61,516 nucleotides of DNA from a virus (IMGVR_UViG_3300031949_000035:1-61516); one strand, 5' to 3'. Positions 1 to 10,054 are shown, counted from the first letter of the stretch. Numbers and translations are program-made. The notes: a model not told the origin generated them from the letters alone.

Positions 1-142
1 TTTTTACTAAGCTCTCTATTGGCAACAGCCTTATTGAGAGCGATAAGGGCTTCGAGGCGTTTATAGGGCTTCCCTGTAAAGAATTCCGCCTTCATTTGCT
101 TGAGGCGGTCCCGGAGTTCACGAACAGGGGTCGAAGTGGGTT
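1..142. repeat. Terminal overlap, copy 1 (circular assembly)
   Basis: Matches 61375-61516 except G127 versus A61501; the reading frame continues across the join. Confidence 0.95.
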
Positions 143-2741
143 CCGGCGCAACAGCGGCCTCTTCCTTGACCTCTACTTCTTTGGGAATTAAATCCACATA
201 CTTTGGTTCTTTGGATTCAACCGCCCATTCCGGATTGTCTTTGTCATATTCTAATTCTATAAATTCGGCTTCCGGGAATTGCCTCCGCAATTTAGGGAAA
301 TGGTCTTTTAAAACAGACTCTCGTTCTTCCGGGACCCACCACGCAGGATTATATCTTACTTCAACAACATTGGCAGATGAAAAATCTCCACGGTAAGCTC
401 TGCCGTGATGCGGAATTGACTTATATTCCCCTTTCGCATCAACTATTTTAATTTGATAAGGTCCTGTATCACTCCAATCCATGTCATCCTTTGAAACAGA
501 AACATCCGGTCCAAGTGCGTCTTCAGGGGCATCAAAAGACCTATAAAAAATTCCTGCCCCCCTTCTAGGATATTTGCGCTTTTGGGGCATTTCCTTGGGC
601 GCCGATTTGGCGGCCTCTTCCTTGGCCTCTACTTCTTCCGGGATAGCCTTCTCTTTTAATTCCCTAAACCCTTTAATAATAGCAGGGCGATCTTCTTTCG
701 GGGCTTTGCGCACTTCCGCGAACTCTTGTTTTGTCACGGCATCGGCCACATCAATGCCTGCCTTTTTACCTTCCTTTACGTGTTCAGCCGCCTCATCTAT
801 CCGCCCTTGCGTCACCATTTTGCCAAGTTCGGCGGCGGATATGGCGTTGATCATGCCTGCCTTGGCCGAAGGCTTGCCCAAGGCTTCGGGTTTGGGTGGG
901 GTTGGTTTAGCGGCTTCCCATTCTGCTTTTAGTCGGGAGCGGGTTGGCCTATACCAAAACTCCTTCGGCGCGTCTGCTGGCAACATTTCTTTTAATGAAA
1001 CTTTAAGAGAAGTTATCTCCCCGTTACCTCTAAGATTATATTTAATATGGTCTTCCGCATATTTTGGACTATTTGTGACGTAATCTCCAGGCTTAATTGG
1101 CTGTCCTTTAATAGAAGCTCTGTAAACTGTTATTATATCGCCTCTCATTATCTGCCCCCCCAGCCATTCTTTTTTAGATTGTGCGTCGTAATAAAAAAGC
1201 ACCTCATTCTCATCTGTTCCTTTTAATCTTGGCGTATCATACTGCTCCTTCTCCCACTCATCAAAAGACTTCCCTTTTGCTTTGGCTTGGGTGATAGAAG
1301 CAAAACGTGGCGTTTCCTGTGCTAAAGCAAACAGCTTCGGGGGCACCGGCTCAACGGTCGGCTCTTTAGGAAATTGTATGGGTTCTGGGCGCACTTGAGC
1401 GCCAGCTTTTGTAAAAGGCTTCGCTGGAGAGACAGGAACCCCCTTAGCTTGCCATGCTGGAGCTACTTCTTCTTTTTGCGGCTCAATCCTGCCTTCTGCA
1501 TCGATATCGCGACGGCCTGGGGCTGCTTGTATCCCTCGTGCGCCAACTTGCTCACGTTCTGGGATACCACCTTCTTGGACTTTCCTTTCTTCAGCGGCAA
1601 TTTGCTCACCTCCTTCGGGTGCAATTGGTGTTATTTGCGCAGCGGCTGGCGGTGGAGGCGGGGCCTTCTCATCACCACCTATTTCAACGAGTTTTTTGGC
1701 ATACCATTCAGTGGCGGCGTCCTGGTCAGTTCTCCGCATCCCCTCATATATTTTTTCGGCAGCGACACGGCGATCATCCGGCAAAGCCGCTTTGTCGTCG
1801 GCATATTGTAGGAATAGTCCTATATCCGGAGCCACATCCATCACCGCTTGTTTCCGTGGCATGAACGGCCTTCCAGCAGCCGCCAACCCACCGGTGAGCA
1901 TGGACTGGACCGTTGTGGTGTTAAACGTTTCTTGTGCTCGTTTTAAATATTCATCCCAATCCCATTTTTTGTTTGGTTTTAACTGGTCTATAACGTAATC
2001 AACGACTGTATTTATTTGCTCACCCAAATGTTCACTTAAAAAGTTTTTTAACAACCCTCGCCCTACAGGTTCTGCCTTTTTCAAAATATCAAGTACGACA
2101 GTAAATGGAACTATTTCTGTAATGAATTCAGAAATACCAGACACGGCGCCGCCGGCAAGAGCCGTTACCTCACCAACATCAGCCTCTTTCAACTCTTCGT
2201 ATTTCCCCAATCCTGTCTGGGCACCCATAAGTGTGAGCCCGCTCTTTATTTGACCAAGAAGCCCAAGCGTGTAGGTAGGCGCGGTCACATACATACTGAC
2301 CAAAGCATCGCGCACTGATGCAGGCCAACTCCCACGTTCGAGCGGAAATTCTGTTTGGACTTGTTCTTGCACCAATTTAGCATTTTTGCCCCATTCGTTA
2401 GCGATCTCATCGGAGCCAACTAATCTTGCGACCCCGGCGGCTGATTCCGCCACCGAAGAAGCGGCCAGTGCGGGGACTGGTTTCCAAACGGCTGGCTGTA
2501 TAGCAGATATCGCTTTCTCCTGGACAAACCCAGACATGGACGGGACTGCCGGTTTTTGTAATGCGGCTTGTTCTTTGGTTAATAGCGGACGGATTTCTGG
2601 TGTTTGTGAAACTTGCGGAATTTGGGATTGCAACGCCAACGGCACAAGGCCCCGCTTTCTTGCCTCTGACAAAAGGGCAACTTTTTCTTGTGGCAATATC
2701 CCTCGTTTTTCAGCTTCCAATAATAAATTTATGTCCGTCAT
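1..2741 (-). CDS. N-terminal part of giant polyvalent ejection-type protein (~3061 aa in total; continues at 61374 to 54930)
   Basis: Missing from the ORF track because it has no stop in the window. Manual translation from ATG 2741 (MTDINLLLEAEKRG..., overlapping the upstream stop as ATGA) stays open into MKAEFFTGKPYKR at 95 (=61469); 882+2179 aa. Confidence 0.9.
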   Translation of the reverse strand, partial: MTDINLLLEAEKRGILPQEKVALLSEARKRGLVPLALQSQIPQVSQTPEIRPLLTKEQAALQKPAVPSMSGFVQEKAISAIQPAVWKPVPALAASSVAESAAGVARLVGSDEIANEWGKNAKLVQEQVQTEFPLERGSWPASVRDALVSMYVTAPTYTLGLLGQIKSGLTLMGAQTGLGKYEELKEADVGEVTALAGGAVSGISEFITEIVPFTVVLDILKKAEPVGRGLLKNFLSEHLGEQINTVVDYVIDQLKPNKKWDWDEYLKRAQETFNTTTVQSMLTGGLAAAGRPFMPRKQAVMDVAPDIGLFLQYADDKAALPDDRRVAAEKIYEGMRRTDQDAATEWYAKKLVEIGGDEKAPPPPPAAAQITPIAPEGGEQIAAEERKVQEGGIPEREQVGARGIQAAPGRRDIDAEGRIEPQKEEVAPAWQAKGVPVSPAKPFTKAGAQVRPEPIQFPKEPTVEPVPPKLFALAQETPRFASITQAKAKGKSFDEWEKEQYDTPRLKGTDENEVLFYYDAQSKKEWLGGQIMRGDIITVYRASIKGQPIKPGDYVTNSPKYAEDHIKYNLRGNGEITSLKVSLKEMLPADAPKEFWYRPTRSRLKAEWEAAKPTPPKPEALGKPSAKAGMINAISAAELGKMVTQGRIDEAAEHVKEGKKAGIDVADAVTKQEFAEVRKAPKEDRPAIIKGFRELKEKAIPEEVEAKEEAAKSAPKEMPQKRKYPRRGAGIFYRSFDAPEDALGPDVSVSKDDMDWSDTGPYQIKIVDAKGEYKSIPHHGRAYRGDFSSANVVEVRYNPAWWVPEERESVLKDHFPKLRRQFPEAEFIELEYDKDNPEWAVESKEPKYVDLIPKEVEVKEEAAVAPEPTSTPVRELRDRLKQMKAEFFTGKPYKRLEALIALNKAVANRELSK
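1463..1600 (-). CDS. Overprinted 45-aa basic protein MPLKKGKSKKVVSQNVSKLAHEGYKQPQAVAISMQKAGLSRKKKK
   Basis: GGAGGTGA SD at 1606-1613, TTG start, TAG stop, alternative frame of the giant gene; resembles a common small phage protein family (MPLKKG...QAVAIA). Confidence 0.75.
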   Translation of the reverse strand: MPLKKGKSKKVVSQNVSKLAHEGYKQPQAVAISMQKAGLSRKKKK

Positions 2742-3997
2742 TTTATCCCCAATAGGTCCTCAAGCTCTGCATCTGAATAATCGCTATAGTCCATCGATTC
2801 TCCAGCTTGAGATTCCCCTATCCGTGAAGAAATGGATTCAATTAATTTTATATTAGTTGACATGGATTTTTCTATGTCGGCCAATACCTTCTTAAGCCCT
2901 GATAGCTTTTTGTTGGCATCCGCAAGGGCGGCAGGATCAAGTAGATTTTCTTCGTCTAACCAATCCCTCTTTTTCAGTGTTTCGCCTGTTCTTTTCTCTG
3001 ATTCATACAGTTGCGTCATCTGTATCCTGCCCTGCAATTGGGCTATCTTGGCCTGTATGTCTGTTTTTTGTTTTTCTTGTACAGAAAAAGATTTTTGTGC
3101 TGTCAATAATTTCGATTGCGATTTGGCTATATCGTTAAAACGCTTATAGCGTAATTTAAACTTTTCCCTATCGGCAGGCGACAATTCTGCAAACTGGCTG
3201 AAGACATCCTCGGACAATCCCGCATCAGCAAACAACTTCCGCGATTCCGCGATTTGTGCCCTTGACGGTTTTTCAGGCAAAGCTCCAAATGCGTCATAAG
3301 CTTTACTTATTTTCTTTTCTTTTTCTTCTTCTTTCCTCTTTCCCGTTGCAGTTGCGTATTGTTCCTCCAATTGCAGCCCCGCTTCAGTTTTTGTTTTGTA
3401 AGCCTTTAGTTCCTCCGACTGCTTCTCCTCCGGGGTTCTGTAATCTTTTAGGAGCTGTACCGCTTCTTCCCCTTGCAGCATTTTAAGACCTGCCTCCAAC
3501 TGCCTATCCGCCGCGCCCACTTTCTTCTCTTCCGCTATCTCGGCCAAGGCGCGTTCGGTGTCCAGGCCCCTAAGCCCGGCTTTAAGCCCGCCGCCAAAAC
3601 TCTCGGCAAGACTAAAAGGGACCTGACGCGGCGGTGTCGCCAGCACATCAGCTATCCCGCGTATGCCTGCATTAAAAAAACCTTTACGGTTGAGATATTC
3701 CGTGGTCTGGGCGAGCCTATCCTGGGGAATAGTATTGAGATATTCGCCGAAGGATGTCGGCGGCAGTAACCCCGTGCCTGCGGCGGCTCCGGGCCTTGCC
3801 GCCTCTATTTCGGGAGCACGCGCCCCCGTTCTTGCGCTGGTGAGTCCGGTAAGGCCGGGCCTTGAGGGCGGCAGTTGTCCAGTAATACTTGACAACTCAG
3901 GTCCGGCAGGCAGCCGCGATGTCAAATCCGGAGCTTTTACCGTCGGCAAAGGTTTTAATGTGGGGGGAACATAATTCCCCATTTCGTCAAAAGGCAT
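2738..3997 (-). CDS. Putative internal virion/ejection protein
   Basis: 419 aa, Pro/Gly-rich N-terminus and coiled-coil C-terminus, directly upstream of the giant gene, GGAGG SD. Confidence 0.6.
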   Translation of the reverse strand: MPFDEMGNYVPPTLKPLPTVKAPDLTSRLPAGPELSSITGQLPPSRPGLTGLTSARTGARAPEIEAARPGAAAGTGLLPPTSFGEYLNTIPQDRLAQTTEYLNRKGFFNAGIRGIADVLATPPRQVPFSLAESFGGGLKAGLRGLDTERALAEIAEEKKVGAADRQLEAGLKMLQGEEAVQLLKDYRTPEEKQSEELKAYKTKTEAGLQLEEQYATATGKRKEEEKEKKISKAYDAFGALPEKPSRAQIAESRKLFADAGLSEDVFSQFAELSPADREKFKLRYKRFNDIAKSQSKLLTAQKSFSVQEKQKTDIQAKIAQLQGRIQMTQLYESEKRTGETLKKRDWLDEENLLDPAALADANKKLSGLKKVLADIEKSMSTNIKLIESISSRIGESQAGESMDYSDYSDAELEDLLGIK

Positions 3998-4009
3998 AGC
4001 TTCCTCCTG

Positions 4010-5017
4010 TTATGCAAGCGCTTGATCAAGGCTTCCGCCAACCATACCGCCAAGATTTGCGCCCATGGAAATACCGGCAAGAGCTCCCATTCCCGCCGGC
4101 GGGAACGCAAACGCCAGCGCGGCGCCCGCTACCATCCCCAACACTCCTAAACCGCCCCCGGCTCTGCGGTATTGAGTAGTTTCTACTTGTTGCGAGCCCA
4201 CAAGGGCGGCAATAGCGGCCTTTAATCGGTTGTGGGCTATGCTTTTCCCTATTTGGTTTTCAAAGTAGATATTATATGCGTCCGTGAGCCCGCCTTGGGT
4301 ATATGTGCGTTTCAGTAGCCCCGCATACCGCAAAAGCTCGGCATCATCATATTCAGTTTTTATGAGGTTCAACCCCTCATTAAATACGTGGCCTTGTATG
4401 CTTCTGTGCATCTGGTAGTTGTCATTTTTTAGGTATGCCGTTGCCCTTGCATTGGTTTCGGCTGGGACGGCAGCGACCAGGGATTGAGCTAAATTATCGC
4501 TTGGGTTAGGGTCCCCCTTTACAAACATACTGCCCCCGAGGAAGGGCGTTACTGTCGCAAATTTTGACGTGGGCTTGCCCGTTACGTCCGCGACAAGGGC
4601 AAGGAAATGGACGTCAGTGCCGAGCAGGTAATCGCCGTCCAAGAGGGTTTTGACGACGCCTTTTGCTTGCGTTATTCGGGCATCGCCGCCCCTTCCCCTG
4701 GATGCAAGTCTTGCTATTCCCGTGGTCTCATTCGCGTTTTGCGTCGCATAGGTAATGCCAATATACGGATGGTAGCCCGCTTCAGACAGTATTACCGCTT
4801 CCGAAAGCATTTTCCTTACCAGCGGTTCCGCGTATGAGGGAATATTATTTACCGTTGTAGTTGAGGACGTTGAGCCGCCACCAAGCCCAAAGAATACAAC
4901 GATATAGCCATCGCAATCTATAAATCCCATTAAAAAGGCGATAGCCCACGAAATACCCATTATGTTGTGAATTGTGACAAATTTTATCATTTTATTCCAT
5001 CTCAGGTTCTCTCTCAT
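4010..5017 (-). CDS. Putative ejection/pilot protein (paralogue of 5022-6065)
   Basis: Hydrophobic leader then GGGSTSS, Gly/Ala-rich hydrophobic C-terminus, podovirus ejection-gene position. Confidence 0.6.
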   Translation of the reverse strand: MRENLRWNKMIKFVTIHNIMGISWAIAFLMGFIDCDGYIVVFFGLGGGSTSSTTTVNNIPSYAEPLVRKMLSEAVILSEAGYHPYIGITYATQNANETTGIARLASRGRGGDARITQAKGVVKTLLDGDYLLGTDVHFLALVADVTGKPTSKFATVTPFLGGSMFVKGDPNPSDNLAQSLVAAVPAETNARATAYLKNDNYQMHRSIQGHVFNEGLNLIKTEYDDAELLRYAGLLKRTYTQGGLTDAYNIYFENQIGKSIAHNRLKAAIAALVGSQQVETTQYRRAGGGLGVLGMVAGAALAFAFPPAGMGALAGISMGANLGGMVGGSLDQALA

Positions 5018-5021
5018 TTTA

Positions 5022-6065
5022 TTATGGCAACCTCCCGGAAACGCCCCAATTTACTTGGTGTTGTGGCATGCCTTGGGTAGCATACGTTGGGTTCTCCATG
5101 ACATTGTATTTCCCGTATCCGGTCGCAAATTGAGACGCGCCTTCGGGCCTATCCGCCATCGTCAGTTTGTCCATGGCGAACGAACCTATGATCGAAGTTG
5201 CTACCCCGGCAATGGCCCCCATTGAATTTGGCCTGTAATATGGGGTAACGGTTTTTGACGAAGCCCCGATAAGTGTTTTCGTGGCTTCGAGGAGAAAAGC
5301 GTGTTTACGCAAAGCCGCTTCTTTAACGTCCTTATCGGCTTTAAAGGCGTCCTCAAGCGACCCCTGCCGCCATTCCCTGTCCAGCAAACCCGCGAATCTA
5401 AGCTTTTCAGCGTCGATAGCTTCCTGGCTTGCATAAGCCCTTGCTGCCGGGAGAGAGGATATAACATGCCCCCATTCCTGTTTGTAGTCGCTGTAATAGA
5501 CTTGTATCCCGGTGTCCGATAGCGCATCAAATAATTTTCTTGCCGCAAGTCCTTGCTTGGCAAGGCGGGCGTCGGAGCCGTAATTTCCCGTTGCGCCATA
5601 GCTATTGTTTATTTGCGGCAACGTCATTTCAAGGAAGTCCTGAATTTGGGCTTCCGCTTTTTTGGCGTATTCGGCATCAAGCTTTGGGTTAAAATTGAGC
5701 TTATCCCCATTCATCATCGCCGTCAGCAATGCCTCGGCGGAAGCAACTAAGGCGTGTGGGGCCGCCGATGCGACAGCGGCAATGGCATTTATGCCGTCCG
5801 TCTCGTCCGTGGGCTGTGGCGCATAAGTGGCACCGGAAAAGGCGGCAAAACCTTCATTGTAGTATTGCTCGGCCTGGACTATGAACGTATTCTCTATAGC
5901 GCCTTGCGCCCAATCAGGCACAAGATTTTTTTCTACTGTTTGATTACTTGCGCCGCCGCCTCCGCCTCCAACCAAAAACACAAAAGGCAGAGATTCGCTG
6001 CCGCCATCCGGCGGCAAATCCAGATACCACAAAATGCAAAATATCGCGATATTTAAAATTTGCAT
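5022..6065 (-). CDS. Putative ejection/pilot protein
   Basis: Leader then GGGGGAS; shares TYA.Q...ET.GI and LR.AGLL.R...QG.L.DA with its neighbour. Confidence 0.6.
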   Translation of the reverse strand: MQILNIAIFCILWYLDLPPDGGSESLPFVFLVGGGGGGASNQTVEKNLVPDWAQGAIENTFIVQAEQYYNEGFAAFSGATYAPQPTDETDGINAIAAVASAAPHALVASAEALLTAMMNGDKLNFNPKLDAEYAKKAEAQIQDFLEMTLPQINNSYGATGNYGSDARLAKQGLAARKLFDALSDTGIQVYYSDYKQEWGHVISSLPAARAYASQEAIDAEKLRFAGLLDREWRQGSLEDAFKADKDVKEAALRKHAFLLEATKTLIGASSKTVTPYYRPNSMGAIAGVATSIIGSFAMDKLTMADRPEGASQFATGYGKYNVMENPTYATQGMPQHQVNWGVSGRLP

Positions 6066-6118
6066 AGTACACTTTACCTATTTGGGAGAAATAAACACAT
6101 TCACGTGATGCAATATAC

Positions 6119-6658
6119 TTATTTCACCTTATACCTGTATTCCGTTAGTCCCTCGACATACCCAAGCTTTTCAAGTGTTGCCCCCATGTTTTTGCGATCC
6201 GAGCAACAAGTCATTACCGGCGCTGGTATAACCTTTGCCATCTCCAATAGAAATTCATGCCCCAGCCTAAGCATATTGGTTCCCCGGTATTCCGGTTTTA
6301 TATAGGTTAAGTAATTGTGCACCCCGACTGCCCGGTATTGGAATACACAAAAACCGGCATAAGTCCTGTCTGTTATTTCGCCTCTCATGAATTTTTCCTT
6401 GTTTGCGACTTTAAAGCCTACCAATAGCTGCGTTGTGGGGTCCGTAAGCAAATTCAAGCGAATTTCAAATGGTTTAAAATAAGCTGTGTTGGGATCGCCA
6501 TCCAGTAAGTGCATGGCGGCCATTTCTTCGATCCCCGGCCTTATTGACGGCCAAACAAGGCCAATTATTCGATCCTCCTTACTTATATGATCAATCATAA
6601 ACTCTTTCTCTTCTTTACTATCGACAACGTTTTTTTCTTCCTCTATGATCATCGCCAC
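6119..6658 (-). CDS. GNAT-like virion assembly protein (T7 gp13 / P22 gp14 position)
   Basis: YIKPEYRG and LEKLGY motifs; lies between nozzle and ejection genes. Confidence 0.55.
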   Translation of the reverse strand: MAMIIEEEKNVVDSKEEKEFMIDHISKEDRIIGLVWPSIRPGIEEMAAMHLLDGDPNTAYFKPFEIRLNLLTDPTTQLLVGFKVANKEKFMRGEITDRTYAGFCVFQYRAVGVHNYLTYIKPEYRGTNMLRLGHEFLLEMAKVIPAPVMTCCSDRKNMGATLEKLGYVEGLTEYRYKVK

Positions 6659-6668
6659 AACCTTCTCC

Positions 6669-7886
6669 TCAAATAAGGGTTAAACTCAAATTGCGCACAG
6701 AAGCGGACTCAAATGAAGCGTCGGATGTACATTCTATTTCAACGCTACACCATGTGTTGGCGGTAAGAGAAGCAACAGAAACACCGTCACCGGCAGAATG
6801 GAATACTGCTGTAGGAGGAGATGCTTCGTTTACCCACAATGCTTCGCTGTAATCAGTACCTATTTTTAACCTCAAGAAGGTTCCTATATTGCCGGTATCC
6901 CCCTTTATAAATTCGCAACGCGCTATTATTTCAGTTTTTCCCCCAGGATAGTAAAAGAAAATTTCCGTTTCTTTTGCGTAAGTTGGATGACTCCCTGATA
7001 TTATTCCATCCCAAGCAGTCACATTCCCGCCCGCATACCCGATAGCCCCGCCGCCACCGCTTGTGGTAATGGCATATTGAGGGTGGTAATGCAGTGCGTC
7101 GGCGTCGCTGGCACCCCCCTCTACTAGTTTAGATATTGACCCAAGTGGGTCGGCAGACGCGGCATGAAGATGCTTTTTGACTATGTTTCCCCCTGCTATT
7201 TTGGGTTGCGTGACGGCGTCATTAGCTATTGCAATAGCGCCGACGCTGCCATTGGGATGGTCAATAGGGGTCGCAAGCCTATGGTTATATAGCGCGGTTG
7301 CCGCGGCCCCGGCTTCAAGGTTATATGTCAGTTTTACCCATGCCGCATTATATGAATAGTGGGGGCCGGATTGAGTGCCGGAAAGAGAAAGAGCGGCCCC
7401 CGCCGGAGTTTCTGAAACTTTCAAATGGGTTGATGTGAATCCATCCGCGATGATGTAATAAATAGTGTTAGCCGTTACCCCGGACGGCAAGGCCCCCCCG
7501 GTTGTAAACATAATAGCATCGCCGATTTCTTGCCCATGCGGGTCCGCGCTTGCCAGGGAAAACAGGGAATTGGTAACAGGCGATTCCCCGCCCGAAATAA
7601 GGATTCCTATTATAGTTGAGTCATCGCGTTGGTAGCCTTTGAGTTCATACACGACTCCGTCGTCTTTAACTACAACGAATTGCCCATGCACCCCCGCAGG
7701 CAGTTCTCCAGTGGCTACGGCGACAAATTTGTGTTCGCCGGTGTAGTGATGTTCCGGAGCCGCAAATTCCTTTGTCTTGGCCTTTATAGACCGCAACTGG
7801 TTATCAACGCCTAGACCACCGCCGCTGCTTCCGGGGTCATCCGCCCCTATTGGTGTATTGACGTCAAGATCATCGAGACCCGCCAT
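6669..7886 (-). CDS. Tail needle/fibre-like structural protein
   Basis: DNQLRSIK N-terminal motif, beta-rich GDAIMFTTGGALPSG module, follows the nozzle gene. Confidence 0.55.
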   Translation of the reverse strand: MAGLDDLDVNTPIGADDPGSSGGGLGVDNQLRSIKAKTKEFAAPEHHYTGEHKFVAVATGELPAGVHGQFVVVKDDGVVYELKGYQRDDSTIIGILISGGESPVTNSLFSLASADPHGQEIGDAIMFTTGGALPSGVTANTIYYIIADGFTSTHLKVSETPAGAALSLSGTQSGPHYSYNAAWVKLTYNLEAGAAATALYNHRLATPIDHPNGSVGAIAIANDAVTQPKIAGGNIVKKHLHAASADPLGSISKLVEGGASDADALHYHPQYAITTSGGGGAIGYAGGNVTAWDGIISGSHPTYAKETEIFFYYPGGKTEIIARCEFIKGDTGNIGTFLRLKIGTDYSEALWVNEASPPTAVFHSAGDGVSVASLTANTWCSVEIECTSDASFESASVRNLSLTLI

Positions 7887-9466
7887 TATCTATCCCCCCC
7901 AAATTCATAAAAAAGTGTGTAACCTTCAAGTTGCCAAGGCGTATCTAACTGATTCGATGATATCCGTATACGGACATACTTGCCCTGGTTATTAACCCCG
8001 CGCACATAAAGTTTTTCATCTACCCCAATCACATAGTCAAACTTTTCGCTCCAGACTATTGGGTGATGCAATTCGTTTCTGTACGCTACTTGGAACTGGA
8101 CAACGCTTTTAGTGCTTTGCCCCCTAAAAAAAGGCATTATCGCCATTAGAATCTTGCGTTCATTGGGAACGCCAAAATGAAAATCGCCGGTATCCAAAAA
8201 AGCGTCAATAGCGGCGCCATTGTTATTGAATCCCGATGCAAGTTTAAGAATTTTGCCGCTTTCCTGGCCGACAACACCATATCCAAGCCCTACGCCTGAT
8301 TGTGTCAGCGTGTCATAAGTTTCAGGAGAAAGGCCATCGTAAGCCCCATAAGTAGATAGAGAATCATACGTCCCCCCCGTGGCGTCTACAGTCCTCGAAT
8401 AGGCGTTATAATCGCAGTCCGCGACACTCCATGCCTTTGTTTCTTCCTGGTAAATATAGTCCTTATTTGGCTGATTCGATGTCCCCGTTGGGACACAAAA
8501 GTGGATTTCGCGAAGTCCTGGTATTCGGTACGCAAACCCGGTATCAATCGCGGCCCAATTCAGATCAAAAAACAGCAAATTCCGGATATTGAACCCAATG
8601 GATTCGAGTCCATTATCCGTCAAACGATAAACGTCCATCTGGCCGTTGTTGCCTAAGTCAGGGCCAGAACCGATAAAGTAGTTAGCGCCGTCAGCAAAAA
8701 CAGATAACCTTTTGCCCACAACGGATACCCCAGTGGCAAAAACACCAAAGACAAAGTTAATATCTTCAGCGGAGGCAGCCGCGTGATAGATATTTTCCGT
8801 TCCATAAATTATTAATTTGGTCCCCGTAACACCAAAGTCCCTAATAAAATCGTGAGCCACGTTGCCGCTGTTAGGAGGTACAAAACCCTTTCGTCTCGAA
8901 AGTTCATTTACCTTTACCCCCCGCGCCCAGTTTTCCGGTTTATATTTCTCGGTCCAGCCAATACTGGACTGCCACTCGTACCCGTTTTCAAGATAATTGC
9001 CGATGATAACACGTTCGTCAAATGTTATCAACGACTTAGCATAAGATGGCGCACCCGATAAAGGCGCCAGCACAGAGCCAAAATTCGGCCATTTCCAGAT
9101 AGCGTCCCTGCCATTGCTTATTATAGGCAGCCCCCCATTTAGCGCAAACCTCCAGGCGTCCTGGTAAGTGGACGTTGGCGGCGACAACGGCGTTATGTTT
9201 TGTGCTGTAACAAAATTGTTACGATATCTATAAACTATGTTGTCGCCGGCAACTATTGTATTGGTTGAACTATCATCACCCTTGAACGTGTACAGTCCAC
9301 GCACGGGGCCTGGAGCCGTGGCCAATAACGTGCGCCCCGTGTCTTTGAATGCGTAACCGGGCTGAAATTTTACGTTGTTGCACAAAGACCACGCCACTTC
9401 CGTACTGGGCCTATTCGTGTCAATCCCGGCATTGGCCGTGTTTTGCCTGAACGTAAATTCCGGCAT
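7886..9466 (-). CDS. Tail nozzle / DNA stabilisation protein (P22 gp10 / T7 gp12 analogue)
   Basis: 526 aa beta-rich; CNNVKF start, LDTGDFHFG and GKYVRIRIS C-terminal motifs; synteny. Confidence 0.7.
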   Translation of the reverse strand: MPEFTFRQNTANAGIDTNRPSTEVAWSLCNNVKFQPGYAFKDTGRTLLATAPGPVRGLYTFKGDDSSTNTIVAGDNIVYRYRNNFVTAQNITPLSPPTSTYQDAWRFALNGGLPIISNGRDAIWKWPNFGSVLAPLSGAPSYAKSLITFDERVIIGNYLENGYEWQSSIGWTEKYKPENWARGVKVNELSRRKGFVPPNSGNVAHDFIRDFGVTGTKLIIYGTENIYHAAASAEDINFVFGVFATGVSVVGKRLSVFADGANYFIGSGPDLGNNGQMDVYRLTDNGLESIGFNIRNLLFFDLNWAAIDTGFAYRIPGLREIHFCVPTGTSNQPNKDYIYQEETKAWSVADCDYNAYSRTVDATGGTYDSLSTYGAYDGLSPETYDTLTQSGVGLGYGVVGQESGKILKLASGFNNNGAAIDAFLDTGDFHFGVPNERKILMAIMPFFRGQSTKSVVQFQVAYRNELHHPIVWSEKFDYVIGVDEKLYVRGVNNQGKYVRIRISSNQLDTPWQLEGYTLFYEFGGDR

Positions 9467-10054
9467 CTATTGTTCCTTTATGGCAAGAAGGAGCAACTTC
9501 TCGTATTTGTACCCGTTTGCGGACACAATTTTTATAGATATAACATGGTAGTCGCTATCGCCCCCGCCCTTAAACCCAACGTAAATATATGGGTTTTCAA
9601 TGGAACTCCCGTCTATGATAGCGGCGGTAGAAGACGTTAAATCGTTTTTAATAGAAGTTACGGCATGGGTCGATACCGTATCCCCGGATTCAATATCTTC
9701 TGTAAAATCGTTCCGGATGTTTATATTATCCGCTTCTTGCTTTTCACAATAATCGCTGACTTCACTTTTTATGACGACAAAAATTTCGGTTTCGTAATCG
9801 TAACCGAGATCGCTTGTGCCAAGGCATGTGATTTTATGGACTTCGCCATTGGTGCCGCCTTTTATGACAACCTTAACTTTGCCGCTTGCCAACGTATCGC
9901 TGTCAACAATATCCGTGCCTGTATCGGCGCCGGTGACGGCGTTTGCACATGCAAGGGTATATGACGCCAACATTTCAGCTCTTTGCATCCTTGAGCCGAA
10001 AGTAAAATATATAGGAAATTCTTCGTAAGGAGTCTTTGCTATTTCACGGATCAC
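9467..10054 (-). CDS. Fibre-attachment adaptor with two tandem domains
   Basis: Two ~95-aa halves (KGGTNG..HKIT...G.DYE and KGGGDS..HVIS...GYKYE). Confidence 0.5.
   Translation of the reverse strand: MIREIAKTPYEEFPIYFTFGSRMQRAEMLASYTLACANAVTGADTGTDIVDSDTLASGKVKVVIKGGTNGEVHKITCLGTSDLGYDYETEIFVVIKSEVSDYCEKQEADNINIRNDFTEDIESGDTVSTHAVTSIKNDLTSSTAAIIDGSSIENPYIYVGFKGGGDSDYHVISIKIVSANGYKYEKLLLLAIKEQ

Noticed and set aside
1-142. Biological direct terminal repeat
   Set aside because: It falls in the middle of a gene and has the size of an assembler overlap; the single mismatch (Pro/Leu) is probably strain variation or error.
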